Shown here one piece after another: positions 14,401-27,182 of a stretch of DNA of 64,000 nucleotides. Made by a program: the position numbers and the translations under genes. The DNA comes from Podarcis gaigeae (taxonomy: Eukaryota). The stretch lies in the NCBI GenBank assembly GCA_964106915.2, contig OZ066929.1, one strand, 5' to 3'. The notes under the pieces are model-generated. The model saw nothing but the letters and a program-made list of their open reading frames with translations. It had not been told where the DNA came from and searched no databases. The first letter of the stretch is position 1. Each line of letters begins with the position of its first letter.

Positions 14401-16957
14401 CTTGCTGAATTAAAAAAACTCTCATCGCTGCCTTGCTGGCATCCCACACTACACTTAAACCTCTTTCTTCACTTAGGCTGAGGTCAAAAAATTCTTGTAG
14501 GGAGCGAAGGACCAACAGGGATTTCTCGGCTGCTGGCTGATCCACTAGCTGAGAACCTTTTAGCTCTCATGCCAGTGGCTGGTGGCTCCCAGCTAAATAC
14601 CTGAGCAGTGGGAGGAGCAAGCAGAAGCTCAGGACACAAGCTGAAGTCTCCCAGGTGTTTCCCTTCCCTTTCGCTCCAGTCTTTTCCTTCAGCAAGCAGC
14701 CTCTGCTCTGACAATATAGGAGAGAGGAAGGTCAGAACATGGTTAAAGCTGCATCCTTTCAATATTGCAATTATTGCCGCCTTCTAAGGACCATACCAAA
14801 GACTCTCCCTGCTCTTGCATGGAGCTAACAGCTTCCATCTCTTCTTCCTCTTTCAGAGTCTCTTTGACAATAAGTTTGATGACCTCTTTGGCAGTTCATT
14901 CAGCAATGATCCGTTCAACTTTAACAGCCAGAATGGGATAACCAAGGATGACAAGTGAGTGAGGGTCCTTCTCGGAATGCCCTTCCTTCCTTTGTTAGAG
15001 GCTTTCATCATCATTGCACGCTTTAATTGCATCCAAGGTACACTGTGTTTGTGTGTTAATGGCTTAGATGATCAGTCTGGGGGTTTGGTGGGTCATGGAA
15101 TGCCCCCATCTCTTCTAGATTTGAGCCTGCTCCCATGGTCCTGAGTGAGGGGCTTTTTAAAATGAATGCTGTCTGTCCTCCTGACAGATTGGAAACACGA
15201 CACCAACCTATCTCACCCTTTTTCCAGGGACCGGCTAATTGAGCAACTGCACAGGGAGATCAGCACCCTCAAGGATGAGCTGAAGAACTTCAAGGCCGAG
15301 GTGAATGAAATGTCCTCATCGCTGTTGGTAACGCATGAAAGGTGCCTTTCAGACTGGCACCTATCTCTGGGGCAGAGCCCAGCTCTCAGGAAGGGAGGTT
15401 TGCAGGGCAAAACAGGAGAATCCCAGAAGGTGGGGTAGCACACACAGCCTCCACTGCTTTTAATATCAAGGCAGAAGTTGTAAAGGGTTTCACAAGTCCA
15501 AAATGCTGCATCAGCAAGACCTGTGGAAATGACGTCTCTTTTTGCAGACACAAGAGCCAAGCTCCATGTGGCCACCACTACCTCTTTTAGTTCCTGCCTC
15601 TCTTCTCTGTCGCTTGTTTGGGTTACCTCAAATAATGGGCAGACAAATCTGCTAAATGTCACTGGGAACAGAGGCAAAACAGCATGCTGGCCTTCCCCAA
15701 CCTGGTGCCCTCCACCTCAGCTCCTGGAGGGCAGCAGGTTGCAGGGAGTGTCCATCCATCAGCAAATGTTTGGGGGGGAGCGATCAACAGTCAGGATGGT
15801 CCAGGCTACTTGACTCTGAAGACAGCACTTGCAGCTCACTGCCCAAGACCAAGAAACAGATGTGTTGTTGGGGGTTGTAGCCATTTAACATTGTAAACAC
15901 ACACATGTGTGTACACACGCACCTCAGCTCATCACAATTATAGGGGAGGCATTTTCTGAATGTGGAGGTGTCCCAAACTCAGGGGTGCCCCTTCTGTCTG
16001 ATGTGCAGTCCTTGTTTAATTTGTTTTGGGGGTGCTCTGTGACATGCTTCACTTGGCCTCCCCAGCCAAGACTGTGTATCCACTCCTGACCCCCCACAAA
16101 TCTTGTCAGTGGGTCCCCTAATCCCCTCCCCTCTCCATTGTGGGCCCTGCAGAGCCACCGCCTGGTGCAGCAACTGAAGGGGCGCATCAACGAGCTGGAG
16201 GCGGAGCTGGCAGAGCAGCAGCACCTGAAGCAGCAGGCCCTGGATGAGAGCGACTTCCTGCACACAGAGCTGGACGAGTTGAAAAAGCGGCACGAGGACA
16301 CGGAGAAAGCCCAGCGCAGCCTCACTGAGATAGAGAGTGAGCGGGCAGAGGGCTGAATGGCAGCCCCAGCACCAAGTCTCCCATTTGGGGCAGTGGGGGC
16401 TGGTACACCGGGGCAGAGCCCTCCCGCTGAAAATGTCAAGCAGTTTTTTTATTTTAAAAAATCCTGAAAATCTCAAAACCACGCACTCTTTCCTTTCCCA
16501 CACACATGCTGAACTTAAAGAGACGTTTATGTCAGTCTCCTGTTCTCTGGTCAGTCAGCAATCAGCCAATCCTCACCCAAAAGTTTAACTATGGCAACAA
16601 AAAGTCACTCATGTGTGTCTCTTAAGTCAGGGGTTTTCAACCTTTTTGAGTCCACGGCTTCCTTGACCAGCTTTATTCTTTCTGCGGCACCCCTGTGGGG
16701 CTCAGGAGCCCAGTTATGTCACCCCTTGCCTGCAAAACTGGCAGCCTCTCACCCTTTTTCGAACAGCTTCCCTTGGAGAGTGTTCCCTCAGCCGCCTCTC
16801 CCCTCTCATTGGAAGTCTTCTGGGCAGCCACTGGTCTCTGAGCTGCACCCCCCTCACCTCTAAAGAGAGGTGCCTCCTCACACTGCCCCACAGGGGCCTG
16901 TGACTTGTCTGTCCACTCCCAACAACAAGGGCTGGTGGACTGGCTGGGCTCCCATGT

Positions 16958-17002
<45 letters not shown>

Positions 17003-18824
17003 CTGAGGCCGCCTCATCTCCTGGCAACCAGCACCCCCTGGCCAGCCCCAGAGGCACCATTCTGGATGGCCAGAAAGTCAACCCTAGTAGGTAAGCGCTC
17101 ACTCCATTTGTTGCTATGAGGCCTGTCCAGCACAGTCACTATAGCAGATATGGAAGGATTGCTTCAAAAACAGCCCTGCTAGCCTAGAGGAACCATACAT
17201 TCTTTCTGAGCATGTTCAGAGTTATTTTCCTGAAGGCCAAAGGACCAACAGGGAGTGTTTCCTGCTTTAAGGAGCTTTTTTCCTTTCCTTTTTTGGATTT
17301 GTATTGTTTCCTTATTTCCTAAATAAGTTCTGTACAAGTCCTATTGTCATAAAAACAGCAAGAATTGCAGCCCTACCAAGTCAAAATGTTACCAGCTGCC
17401 ACTGGGCAGATGGGTGGCAACTTGATTGCCCGTTTGCTTTGCTTCGGATCCTGAAGGCTCAGGGTGGATAGCAACTTGCAAGCGCAAACACATGGGTGAT
17501 TAAAATGAGCAAGAATTAACACCACAAGTCAATTAAACCTGTGTCTTCATAACAGCCGTGAAAGAATATGTCGGTACATTTAGCCTAGCTAACCTGGGTT
17601 CCAGTTTCTGTCTGTAACAGTTCGAAACTTGTATGAAAATCAAGTGGGCGAATAACATAAGAAATTGATCCCTTCCTGGAAAAATACATGGCTAATTCAC
17701 CCTAGCCACCAAGTCACCACCCTTGTCTTTTTCTGCTACAGGGAAAGCACAAGCTACAGAGCAGCGATACACAAAGCTGAAGGAAAAGTACAGCGAGCTG
17801 GTGCAGAACCACGCAGACCTCCTGCGCAAGGTAACCCTGCGTTGTTCTTCCTTCACTTCTCGGTACTAGAGAGTTGGGGGTGTCACTTCCTCTGACTTCA
17901 TGCAACAAGATGGGATTGCATCTTGCTGAAGCACCCTAACGATGGCCCTGTTAAGCCAGTTAAGATTCAGTAGCTGTGAACCACTGCCTTCCTTTTGTTA
18001 GGATTTCCACACCCTTTCTGGGTCAGCTATCTATGCATTTGCTTAGATTTCCACTTACAGCTTTTATCATTTCTCTTCAGCACTACCTAGGAAACCAGTA
18101 GCTAGGGAGAGAGAGAGAGAGCGCACACTTTGGTATGTTTCTGCGTTGCACTGAGCAAAATTCACAGTTTTACCTGGAATTAGAAAGGAATTTGATGAAT
18201 CTCTCAAAAGTCAGTCAGTGGCTGAGGAGCCAAGTCAGTAGCAGAGCCCTCTCAGCAAAGATGGGGACTGTGCCCGGGGGGGATTTGCTGCAGTGTGCTT
18301 CCGCTGCATGACTTGGAGGGAGGGGGCAAGGAAAATTCACTGGTGCCACTGAAGATGGGAGGAAGGACAGTTACTCCCATGAGCCCAAGTGGCTGAACCC
18401 ACATCCTTCTCTTCCTTTGCCTCCCTCTTCCTGTTCCTTAGAATGCTGAGGTGACCAAGCAGGTGACAGTGGCCAGGCAGGTCCAAGGTGACGTGGAGAG
18501 GGATAAGAAAGAGCTGGAGGACTCCTTCCAGCGGCTGAGTGAGCAGGCCCAGCGGAAGGTGAGCAGGGGGGCAGAGGGGGGAGCTTCAGCTGAGGGAGAA
18601 GAGAAAGGAGGTTCAGAATGTCTGTTGGAGAAACCTGACGGAAAAGGGCACCAACGTTCTTCTTTTCTTTCCGCAGACTCAGGAGCAGGTGGAAGTCTTG
18701 GAAGCATTGAGGAGGGAGCTCATTGTCAGCAAACAGGAACTCCAGACCCTCCGAAGCACCATTGAGTCCAGCACACAGGTGAGACTCTCCAGCCTGGCCT
18801 CTTCCTCAGAGGCCCCGGCAAAAG

Positions 18825-18860
<36 letters not shown>

Positions 18861-21800
18861 ACACACACACAACAAGTCTTCTGTATGACTTCTCCTCGCT
18901 TTGCCTTAATGGCACAGGGAACACCAGCTGTTGGGGCTGCAGCCACCACAAGCAACAGAAGGGGAAGCAGAAAGGGCGGTCGGAAGAAGGAGGGGAGCAA
19001 GAGGCTGGGTTGGCCCAGTTGTGGGTGGAAGGCAGGACTGATACATCCCCTGGGTGCCCTGGGGACGCAGAAGGTTCCTGCAGGACTGGTGCAGTTTAGG
19101 CAAAGTTGAGAAGCCCTCACCTCACCTCTCCTTTTCTCTTCCTTTCTTTTTTCTTTACTTTTTTTTTTTTTTTTTTTTGTCTACCTGCTGGCTAGTCCGA
19201 AGCAGCACACAGCAGTCAGCTGGCCAGCCTGCAGCTGGAGACAGCCACCCTCAATGAGACTGTGGCCCAGCGTGACCAGCAGCTGACTGATTTGCAGGCC
19301 GAAGTGCAGCAGCTGAAGGCCACCCTGCAGAGAGAGAAGGAGGACAGCGGCAAAGCAGTAGAGGAGCTACGGAGCTCTCTGGAGGAAAGGGTAAGAGGTG
19401 GATTGGAGGTGAGATGGTGGTGATTAGCCAGGAACAGCCCAAGAGGCTCTTTGTGTGGTAGGGGTTCATGGAGGGCAACCCCAGGCTCTTTTTCCACTGC
19501 TCCATGAGTAGACCAAGAGCGGAAGTCTAGCCTCTCTTCCTCTGCCCTCAGGAGAGCAACACACAGGCCCTCCAGCAGCAGCTCCTGAACAAGCAGTTTG
19601 CCCTCCTGCAGTGCGCCACAAGGGAAGCTGAGCAGATGGTGCAGGATGCCCTGAACCGAATCGAGGACCCCACACATGTCAGCTGCACGAGCTCCGCAGG
19701 TCAGCCAAGCAGGCCTGGGGCCACTCACCCCCTTCCTTCAGCAGAGATTTCTGTGGCCAGAGCCCACTTGCAACCAAAGCATGCTTCTGACCCTCATGCT
19801 TCCAGGGGACACCTTAGACTTGCTCAGCAACTTGCAACCGTGTGCAGTTCCTGCTGAAGTTGGATAAGCCATGGCCTCAGTTACCAGTGGGAGAATAATT
19901 TCTTGTCACTCTGCACCTCCCTTCAATCAATCAGTCATTAAACTATAGAACTTCCTCCTATGGGAGGCAGTGATGGCCACCTGTTTAGATTACTTTAAAA
20001 GATGATTAGACAAATTCAAGGAGGAGGAGGCCATTGATGGCTATTAGGCATGATGGCTATGATCTGCCTGCCCAGTTGGAGGCAGTTATTCTTCTGAATA
20101 CCAGGTGCTGGAAACCACAAGAGTGGTTGCTTTTGTGCTCAAATCCTGCTTGTGAGTTTCCCAATAGAAGCATCTTGTTGGCCACTGTGAGAACAGGATG
20201 CTGGACTAGATGGGCCCACTTTGGTCTTACCCAGCAGACTCTTCTTAAGTTCTTTATTTCTTTTTTTTGGGGGGGGATAATAATTTAAAGGCAGGTTATA
20301 AACTAAAATGAATTCTGAAAAGGAGAAGCCCAGGCCAAGGAGGAAGTCAAGACAACCCTCATTGCTGGGTTGTACATAATCAGCTTTTAAGGCCTTCTTC
20401 CAGTTGCACTTCCTAATAGAGTTGTACTCAATGCTTCCTTTATTTTGTGTGCTGTGTAGATTACCTTCTATCCAGGACCTCTGCGGCATCCGAGTGTGTA
20501 GAGCGGCTGCAGGAGGCATGCACGCAGTACCTCTCCAACCAGTCAGGTAAGAAACTTGGAGCTGTTTCCAGCTGCCCAGGCAACAGGCCCCATGTAGGAC
20601 AAGCAGCATGGAAGTGGGACACCCTGAGAGCCACCCCCCTCATGTCAGCAGCTGCACCCATTTGTCAGTGGCATTTTCTTTTCCACTCTGCTTTGGAAAA
20701 GTAAAAGGTGGGCATTGTGGCAGAAGCACTTGGCGGTATTTCTCTTAGAAGATCTCAATGAGCCTGGGAGGATCACCTGTGCTTGGTCTCATGTGTTCTC
20801 TTCTCCCTTCCTAGATGTGAGCAGCTTGTTGTCACACGTAGCTCTCTTTGGCCACCTGGTTGGCGACACCATCGTCCAGGCAAGCGCCACTTCACACATG
20901 GCCCCAATGGAGGCTGCAGACAGTGAGTACCTGCCTCTGGCCAGGAAAAGGGTAGGACAGAAACAGGTGCCTTCCTAGGTCATGCAGGGCCTGAGTGGAG
21001 CCTTTTCCCTTTGCATGTTTCCAGTGCTGTTGGAAGCCTGCAGGCAGTGTGGCAGTGAGGCCTTGTGCTACTTGGGCACCCTGAAGGACAAAGCCTCTTT
21101 GGAGAGTGCCAACTGCGCAGCCGTCAGGAACTGTCTTGGGCGGATCACTGCCATTGGAGAGGTGAGTGGCTGTATGGTTTGGGGAAGGCAAAAGTTTGTT
21201 GGTTTGTTGCATTTGTAATCCCACCTTTTTGTCAAGGTGTGGTTCTCTCCCTTATCCTCACAACAACCTGTGAGTTGGGTTAGGCTGGGAGACTGACTTA
21301 CCCCCAACATCACCCATTGAGCTTTGTGGCCAAGCTGGGATTTGAACCCTGGTCTCCCAGGTTCTAGCCCCAACACTCTTAAGCACTACAGCACATTGGC
21401 TGCCATTGGTTGGGGTTGCAAGCCCAGAGTGGATCTCCTCCAAGGAACCTTTTCCTGCATTGCATGGGGTTGAACTGGTTGACCCTTGGGGTCCCTTCCA
21501 ACTCTGCTCAGTGAGTCCATGTTGCTGGCTCCTCCCAAAGGATAGAACCAGGATAGTGGTGGGGAAACTCTACCCCACAGGCCTCAGTAGGCCTGTCAGA
21601 CCTCCTCATTTGTCCAGGCCAAGCCACACCCACTTGCCCACATTGTGCAGGGCAGGGAAAGATGCTGCTGGCCTCAAAAGGGGATTGCAGGGATCAACTG
21701 ACCCTCCACGCAGGCAAAAGCAGCTCATGTGATGCCGCTGGTACCAGGTGACAGAATGCGGTTGACAGAGACAAATGGAAGGATCCTGTTCCCCATACCT

Positions 21801-24800
21801 AGTGAGCTCCTCTGAAGATGAAGTTGATATGAGGCAGTGGGGGATACAAGAGAAGGCAGCAACTTTGTAGGTCACCCTCTGCTCTGTTGCAGGACCTGCG
21901 CCCCAAGGGCCTGGACATCAAGCAGGAGGAACTCGGGGATTTGGTGGACAAGGAGATGGCAGCCACAGCAGCAGCAATTGAGATGGCAGCTTCCAGAATT
22001 GAGGTGAGATGAGAGAGAGGAGGATCGGCTTCCTCTTTGCCCAGTGGGATTCCTTCAAAAAGAAAGAGGAATAATGTTTTCTTTTTCAGGGCAGGGGATT
22101 AAATTTCAGTTCCAGTTCTGTGCCATGCTAGGGGTGGCTGGTTCTCAGCTTTGCTGTATAAGTGACAGCTAACGCTGTTCATCCTGTAGCTCTGACACCC
22201 ACCCCACTCTCTCCCCACCACCCTTGTTAACACAGGAGATGCTGAGCAAGTCACGGGCGGGAGACACTGGAGCCAAGCTTGAGGTCAACGAGAGGTTGGT
22301 ATGGAAGCCTGGCACCAGCTGCCTTTCCCTCCTCCCTGCCTGGATTTTTTTCTGGGCACCATTGGCACACCTCTTCCTCCCCACCCCACTCCGACACACC
22401 GTTTTCAGGACAGCATGCTTTAGAGCAGCTGTGGCCAAGCTGGCACCTTCCAGCTGTTTTAGACTACAACTCCCATCAGTCCCAGCCACTACAGCTGCCT
22501 GGTGGCACCAGGTTGGCGAAGGCTGTCCTCAAAAGAAAGGGTTAGTCTGCTATCATCTCAGAACCAGAGAAGGGTGCCTGCTCATTCCTTGACTGCTGTG
22601 CTTCCTCTACCTGGCAAGTGGTTTTTGCTCAACAATGTGGGGAGGGGGCCTCTGGGACTTTTACAGTGGAGCCCATATGCTTTGGATGTAAGCAGACACT
22701 GCACAGACAACCCTTTGTGATTTGCAGGATTCTGGGCTCCTGCACAGGCTTAATGCAGGCCATCCAGGTTCTGGTCAAGGCTTCCAAGGACCTCCAGCGG
22801 GAGATTGTGGAGAGTGGAAGGGTGAGTCAGCAGTGCCAGCCTTGCAAGCTGGGAATGTGGGCTTCTCACTCAGCATGCCTTCTTGCTCCTGCTGTGCCCC
22901 AGATGCTGTCAGTCTGTGGTGTTGTTTACATAAAACATACTCCTCTCCTTGATTAAAGGTGGGGCAGGAAAGTGCCGTTGTTCCAGTGTGCTCCTGAGTT
23001 GTTGGAGGGGTGTGTTGTGCTCATGCTAATAGCACTCCAATCCCTTGGGCAGCTGGGTGGAGGAAGATAAAATGAGATGGCTTTCTGGGACCTAGCTGCA
23101 GCCTCTCGCTGTCTTACGTGCCTCTCTTCCAAGTGTTATAGGGGCCTAGGAGACAGATGGATTTTTAGCTCTTAAATAGGATGCTGGAATGGTGAGTGAT
23201 AGGGGGACCCCCACAGGGGTTCTGTTTTCTCATTGCTATCAATGTATGTGGAGTTAACAAAGGAGTATGAGAATCGGCCCACATGAACACAATTCATACT
23301 GCCGGGCGAGTTAAACTAATTTGTTTTATTTAGAGTACTGTGTTGTAATTATTAGATTAAGCCTCTCAAAGCAGTATACATAAAATTTTGAAAACACCAG
23401 TCTTTCAAAGGTGCAATGCTGGATAAATAGGGTTCCATAGCAAAAAAACAGAACTAAAACTCAGATGGGACAGGTGTGGCAAGTGGAGCATAGCTGGGCA
23501 TCCCATGGTCACACTTACAAGAGGGTACATGCAGCTCCCACTTTGCCAATGAAACAGTTTTTTGACATCAGTCAGGGTGCGGTTCCAGATGCTACATCAC
23601 TTGGTAACTCGTTAGAAGGAGAGTTCATAACTCACATATATTCTTGTCTGTTCATTCTGAGGGAATGTTTGTGTCCAGAGTTCCCTTTGCAGAGCTTTTT
23701 ACCTAACCTCAGAACATAGGCAAGAGAGAAAGAGGGGAGAGAAGAGTAAAACAGAAAGCGGGTTGTTTGTTCTCCAGTGAACACCACCAGGTTCTGGAAT
23801 ATCTAAAGGTGGTCTGTGAGGTGGCTCTTACCTCTCTGCGCACCCCAGGATAGGCTGTGGCTTAGTGGTGGAGCACCTGATTTGCACGCACAAGATCCTG
23901 AGTTCACATGCAGAGCTGGGAAAAACTCCCTGCATGGAAGCCCTGGGCTAACCTGGTATAAGGCAGCTGCCACTCCCCTGTCAGGCTGAAGCTCACAGCC
24001 ATGGAAGCTAGAAGGCTGCGAATGGAGTGCGTTGCGCTGACCTCTGTGTCCTTGTGGCGGGTGCAGAACTTCTGGTGGCAATTGAGAGAGACAGAATGAA
24101 CCGCTATTCCTGGCAATGCTTAGATCTCACTCCTCTTCTCATCTAGGGAGCAGCATCCCCCAAGGAGTTTTACGCCAGAAATTCCCGCTGGACGGAGGGG
24201 CTGATTTCTGCCTCCAAGGCTGTCGGCTGGGGAGCAACTGTGCTGGTGTAAGTGTTTGGGGAGAAAAGGCAGCAGACACCCCTGGGGTTACTTCATAGTC
24301 TACTTTTGGCCTGCAAGCTAGGCAGTGCTGCAATGAGGGGCTGCAGCTTGTAGCCCTGGAGTGTGAGGGGTGGTGCTCTAACATTCGCATCTTTCCCTAG
24401 AGATGCTGCTGACCTCGTGGTTCAAGGCAAGGGGAAGTTTGAGGAGCTCATGGTCTGCTCGCATGAAATTGCAGCAAGCACAGCCCAACTAGTTGCCGCT
24501 TCAAAGGTAGGGACTGCCTTGTGATACCTCCTTAGAACCATAGAATTGAATGAGGTCCAAAGGGCCATCTAGTCCAACCCCCTGCTGCAGGAATGTTGAG
24601 CTGAGTGCCTGAGCAAGTGGCCAACAGCCAGTCATACAAGGAATGAATAAGCTTAATAGGCTTTCCTGGGCAGTCAGGATGCCAACAGCCGTTTGACTGG
24701 CAGTGTCCTGCTCCGTTTGCCACCAGCGCTTTCTTTCTCATCTGCTGTCAGTGGCAAAGCAACTGAGCCAGTAGGACCCATTTGTGGCCTGGTGATGTTT

Positions 24801-27182
24801 CCTCACCAAAATGATCCATGGCTTCCTTCCAGCTTAAGTACAGCTGTAGGTGGAACCCCATCAAAAATCATTCGTTAAAGCTTCCCGCTTTGGGTGCTCC
24901 TCCTGCATAGACAATCATCCAAAGCCTTTCTGGAAAAGCCAGTTTAATGTCTCAATATCCCACTTCCATAAGAGTTTCTAAAAGTTTGATCTGTGAAGTG
25001 GGGAGAAGAAACTGATAGGGGGCTTTGGGTGGGCAAGAGTGCATTTCATGAATGTTTTGCTCCTGAGGATATAGTCTAGGACCACCCATGGTGCCTGGTG
25101 TTTGAGCTTTTCTTCTAGGATGGCATTAGAGTGGCGCTGGGGGCCTTTGCTTGCTCTCTTCCCAACCATCAGGGGATCTGCCCTTTCCTTTTTGTAACAT
25201 CTGGAGCTCCTCTGGAGCAGCACATTGCAGATCACTTGCTTTGTCCACCACATGTGGCACGTAGAATCCTTTTCTCCCACCTGCAAAGAAGCCACTGATT
25301 CTCCTCTTTGATCCCCCAGGTGAAAGCAGATAAGGACAGTGCAAACCTCAGCAAGCTCCAGACCGCCTCCCGGGGAGTCAACCAGGCGACAGCCAGGGTG
25401 GTGGCTACCACCAAGTCAGGAATGTCACAAATTCAGGAGACAGGTCAGTTTCTGAATCTGAAGTTGGAGATCCCTTTTCCCTCCTGTTGTTGTTTAGTCA
25501 TTTACTCATGTCTGACTCTTCTTGACCCCATGGACCAGAGCACGCCAGGCACTCCTGTCTTCCACTGCCTCCCGCAGTTTGGTCAAACTCATGCTGATAG
25601 CCTCGAGAACACTGTCCAGCCATCTCGTCCTCTGTCGTCCCCTTCGCCTTGTGCCCTCAAATCTTTCCCAACATCAGGGTCTTTTCCAGGGAGTCTTCTC
25701 TTCTCATGAGGTGGTCAAAGTATTGAAGCCTCAGCTTCAGGATCTGTCCTTCCAGTGATCACTCAGAGCTGATTTCCTTAAGAAGGGATAGGTTTGATCT
25801 TCTTGCACTCCATGGGACTCTCAAGAGTCTCCTCCAGCACCATATTTCAAAAGCATCAATTCTTCGGCCATCAGCCTTCTTTATGGTCCAGCTCTCACTT
25901 CCATACATCACTATTGGGGAAACCATAGCTTTAACTATACAGACCTTTGTCGGCAAGGTGATGTCTCTGTTATTTAAGATGCTGTCTAGGTAGGCATCTC
26001 CTGTAGGCACCTGTTTCTCTAAGGCAGAGGGGTAGCGGTCTCTGTTTTTCATTCAGTTCAGTTACAGCCTCTCTCTTTCTTTTTTGACTTTGCTTATTCA
26101 TCTGACTGCTTGAGTCCCACAGGAAGCACAGCTGGGCTCACCAGCTGTCAGGCAGTTCTCAGCACAATGTGGGAAGGGATGAGTCCTGCACTTCCATGCT
26201 TCCATTAATGAGAGTAAACTTATGTGTTCTCCCCCTGCAGACAGCATGGACTTCTCCGCCATAACGCTAACACAGATCAAGCGTCAAGAAATGGATTCCC
26301 AGGTATTTGGGAGAGGGAGGGAGAAGAGAGAGTAAAAAATGCTAGGCAGAGCAGAAGGGAGAGGCATTGCAGCCTGGTCACTTGCACTCCAGAAGCCTTT
26401 CTCCTCCCTCCCAGGTGCGAGTCCTGGAGCTGGAGAACCAGTTGCAGAAGGAACGCCAGCGCCTGGGAGAGCTGCGGAAGAAGCACTACGAACTGGCAGG
26501 GGTGGCTGAGGGCTGGGATGAGAATGGTGAGTCTGGTGGCCTGTTGGCTTCTATGCTGGCCTTTGGGCCATAGCAGGTTCTGGGCTTGCTGGCCTAGCCA
26601 CAATTCTCCCAGCTTGGGCTTGTAGCCTCCTTCCCGCTAAGACACTGAGGACCAGCAAAGGGAAAGGAACCACAGTTGAAGGCCCTTTCATCTCAATTCC
26701 CAACACCTTGAGTTAGTGCTGCAACCACAGAAAGGGCAAAATTTTGTTTGTGGAGCACCCCTGCCAAAAATAATAATAATCTTGGGTCAAGGAAAGCCTT
26801 ACCTTATAGCAGTGGTAAGGAAATAGCCCACCATCCTCTGATAGGCCACATTTGGAAGGTAAGCGGAGCTGCCTACCTGTCAATCACCTGCCACCAGGTG
26901 TCAAACATCAAAGGAAGAAATGGAAGCATGCTCTTGAGTGAGCTCCCAATTATTTTGTTGTTCCTTCCTTTGCAACCCCAGCTGGAGCCATAGCTGAGGT
27001 TTGAATCCAGACTGTGCTTGAAAGATTTATTCCAAAAGCAGGTTAGTTATGGGTTGTATTCATACATATACACCAATACCTTGACTTCCCTAGTTGCCTA
27101 GACCTGACAAAGGGCTTTCTCTCTCTCCCTCTCTCTCCCTTTCTCTCTCTCTCTCTGCCCAGGTGCTAATCTGGCCCCCTGA
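2420..27182 (+). CDS. HIP1: Huntingtin-interacting protein 1 (ANTH - coiled coil - talin-like I/LWEQ domain), 5'-partial, spliced
   Basis: Exons: 2420-2483, 2733-2875, 4382-4438, 6066-6146, 8172-8248, 8562-8623, 9689-9829, 10852-10909, 11231-11306, 11511-11645, 14857-14954, 15228-15300, 16153-16336, 17742-17830, 18442-18558, 18677-18778, 19196-19390, 19552-19699, 20460-20546, 20815-20922, 21025-21161, 21893-22003, 22236-22294, 22728-22821, 24147-24247, 24401-24506, 25320-25443, 26241-26302, 26415-26526, 27163-27182 (last exon least certain). Total 3021 nt, phases consistent. Peptides recognised as HIP1: [133 protein letters not shown]. Exon 1 lies upstream of the window. Confidence 0.96.
2484..2732 (+). 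other. U12-type (minor spliceosome) AT-AC intron, HIP1 intron 2
   Basis: 5' end ATATCCTTTT at 2484; branch-site-like TTCCTTAGC at 2711-2719; terminal AC at 2731-2732. Splicing A|CA TGC ATC restores ..KHAR-T-C-I-L-G. Confidence 0.93.
3170..3420 (-). mobile_element. L2-like LINE 3' remnant
   Basis: Resembles the 3' end of the L2 copy at 29725-31220 (gagttccaca, aggcctcc, aaagccttgttgaa). Boundaries approximate. Confidence 0.4.
5140..5610 (+). mobile_element. L2-like LINE 3' remnant with (AAAT)n tail
   Basis: Decayed ORF2 C-terminus ([14 protein letters not shown]...[10 protein letters not shown]) followed by aaataaat repeats. Confidence 0.65.
5780..5960 (-). mobile_element. tRNA-derived squamate SINE; related copies at ~6530-6720, 9970-10170, 23850-24000, 32040-32200, 35700-35860, 58660-58820, 61240-61380
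   Basis: Shared blocks ataggaagctgccttat..gagtcagacc, ggcttcaggcagg and gggattgaacctggg..ttctgcatgcaaagcag recur across the window in both orientations. Confidence 0.65.
6395..6520 (+). mobile_element. tRNA-head SINE with CR1-like tail; related pieces at ~1770-1840, 10590-10680, 21450-21510, 24535-24600
   Basis: A-box-like agctcagttg, B-box-like ggtttgatccc, then ttcctgcattgcaggggg..gactagatga. Confidence 0.55.
6995..7208 (+). mobile_element. tRNA-derived (MIR/CORE-like) SINE; minus-strand copy at ~21200-21400
   Basis: A box tggtgtagtggttaga, B box ggttcaaatcc, core ctcagcctaacctacctcacagggttg..tgagga, (AAAT)n tail. Confidence 0.75.
7297..7346. repeat. Compound microsatellite (CT)n(CG)n(CT)n(CA)n
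   Basis: Directly visible. Confidence 0.9.
12920..14490 (-). mobile_element. L1-clade LINE ORF2 fragment (degenerate reverse transcriptase) in HIP1 intron 11
   Basis: Minus-strand peptides [38 protein letters not shown] (~13741-13755) and [11 protein letters not shown]. Multiple frameshifts and stops; AT-rich. Confidence 0.88.
16628..17090. mobile_element. hAT-like DNA transposon remnant containing a (GCTT)n tract (~16959-16998)
   Basis: Starts with the hAT-type terminus CAGGGGTTTTCAACCTTTTT. Right end not resolved. Confidence 0.45.
18824..18873. repeat. (GT)n-(AC)n self-complementary microsatellite
   Basis: gttg(tg)n..ta(ca)n..caac, 45 nt after the HIP1 exon 17 donor. Confidence 0.9.
19960..20255 (+). 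mobile_element. CR1-type LINE 3' end; second decayed copy at ~36010-36290
   Basis: ctttaaaagatgattagacaaattc..caggatgctggactagatgggcc..tcttcttaagttctt resembles the squamate CR1 3' end. Confidence 0.6.
25485..25993 (-). mobile_element. BovB (RTE clade) LINE, 5'-truncated 3' end
   Basis: Minus-strand [66 protein letters not shown] matches the BovB ORF C-terminus; short (CAA)n tail; possible TSD ctcctgt (25481-25487 / 25998-26004). Confidence 0.92.
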
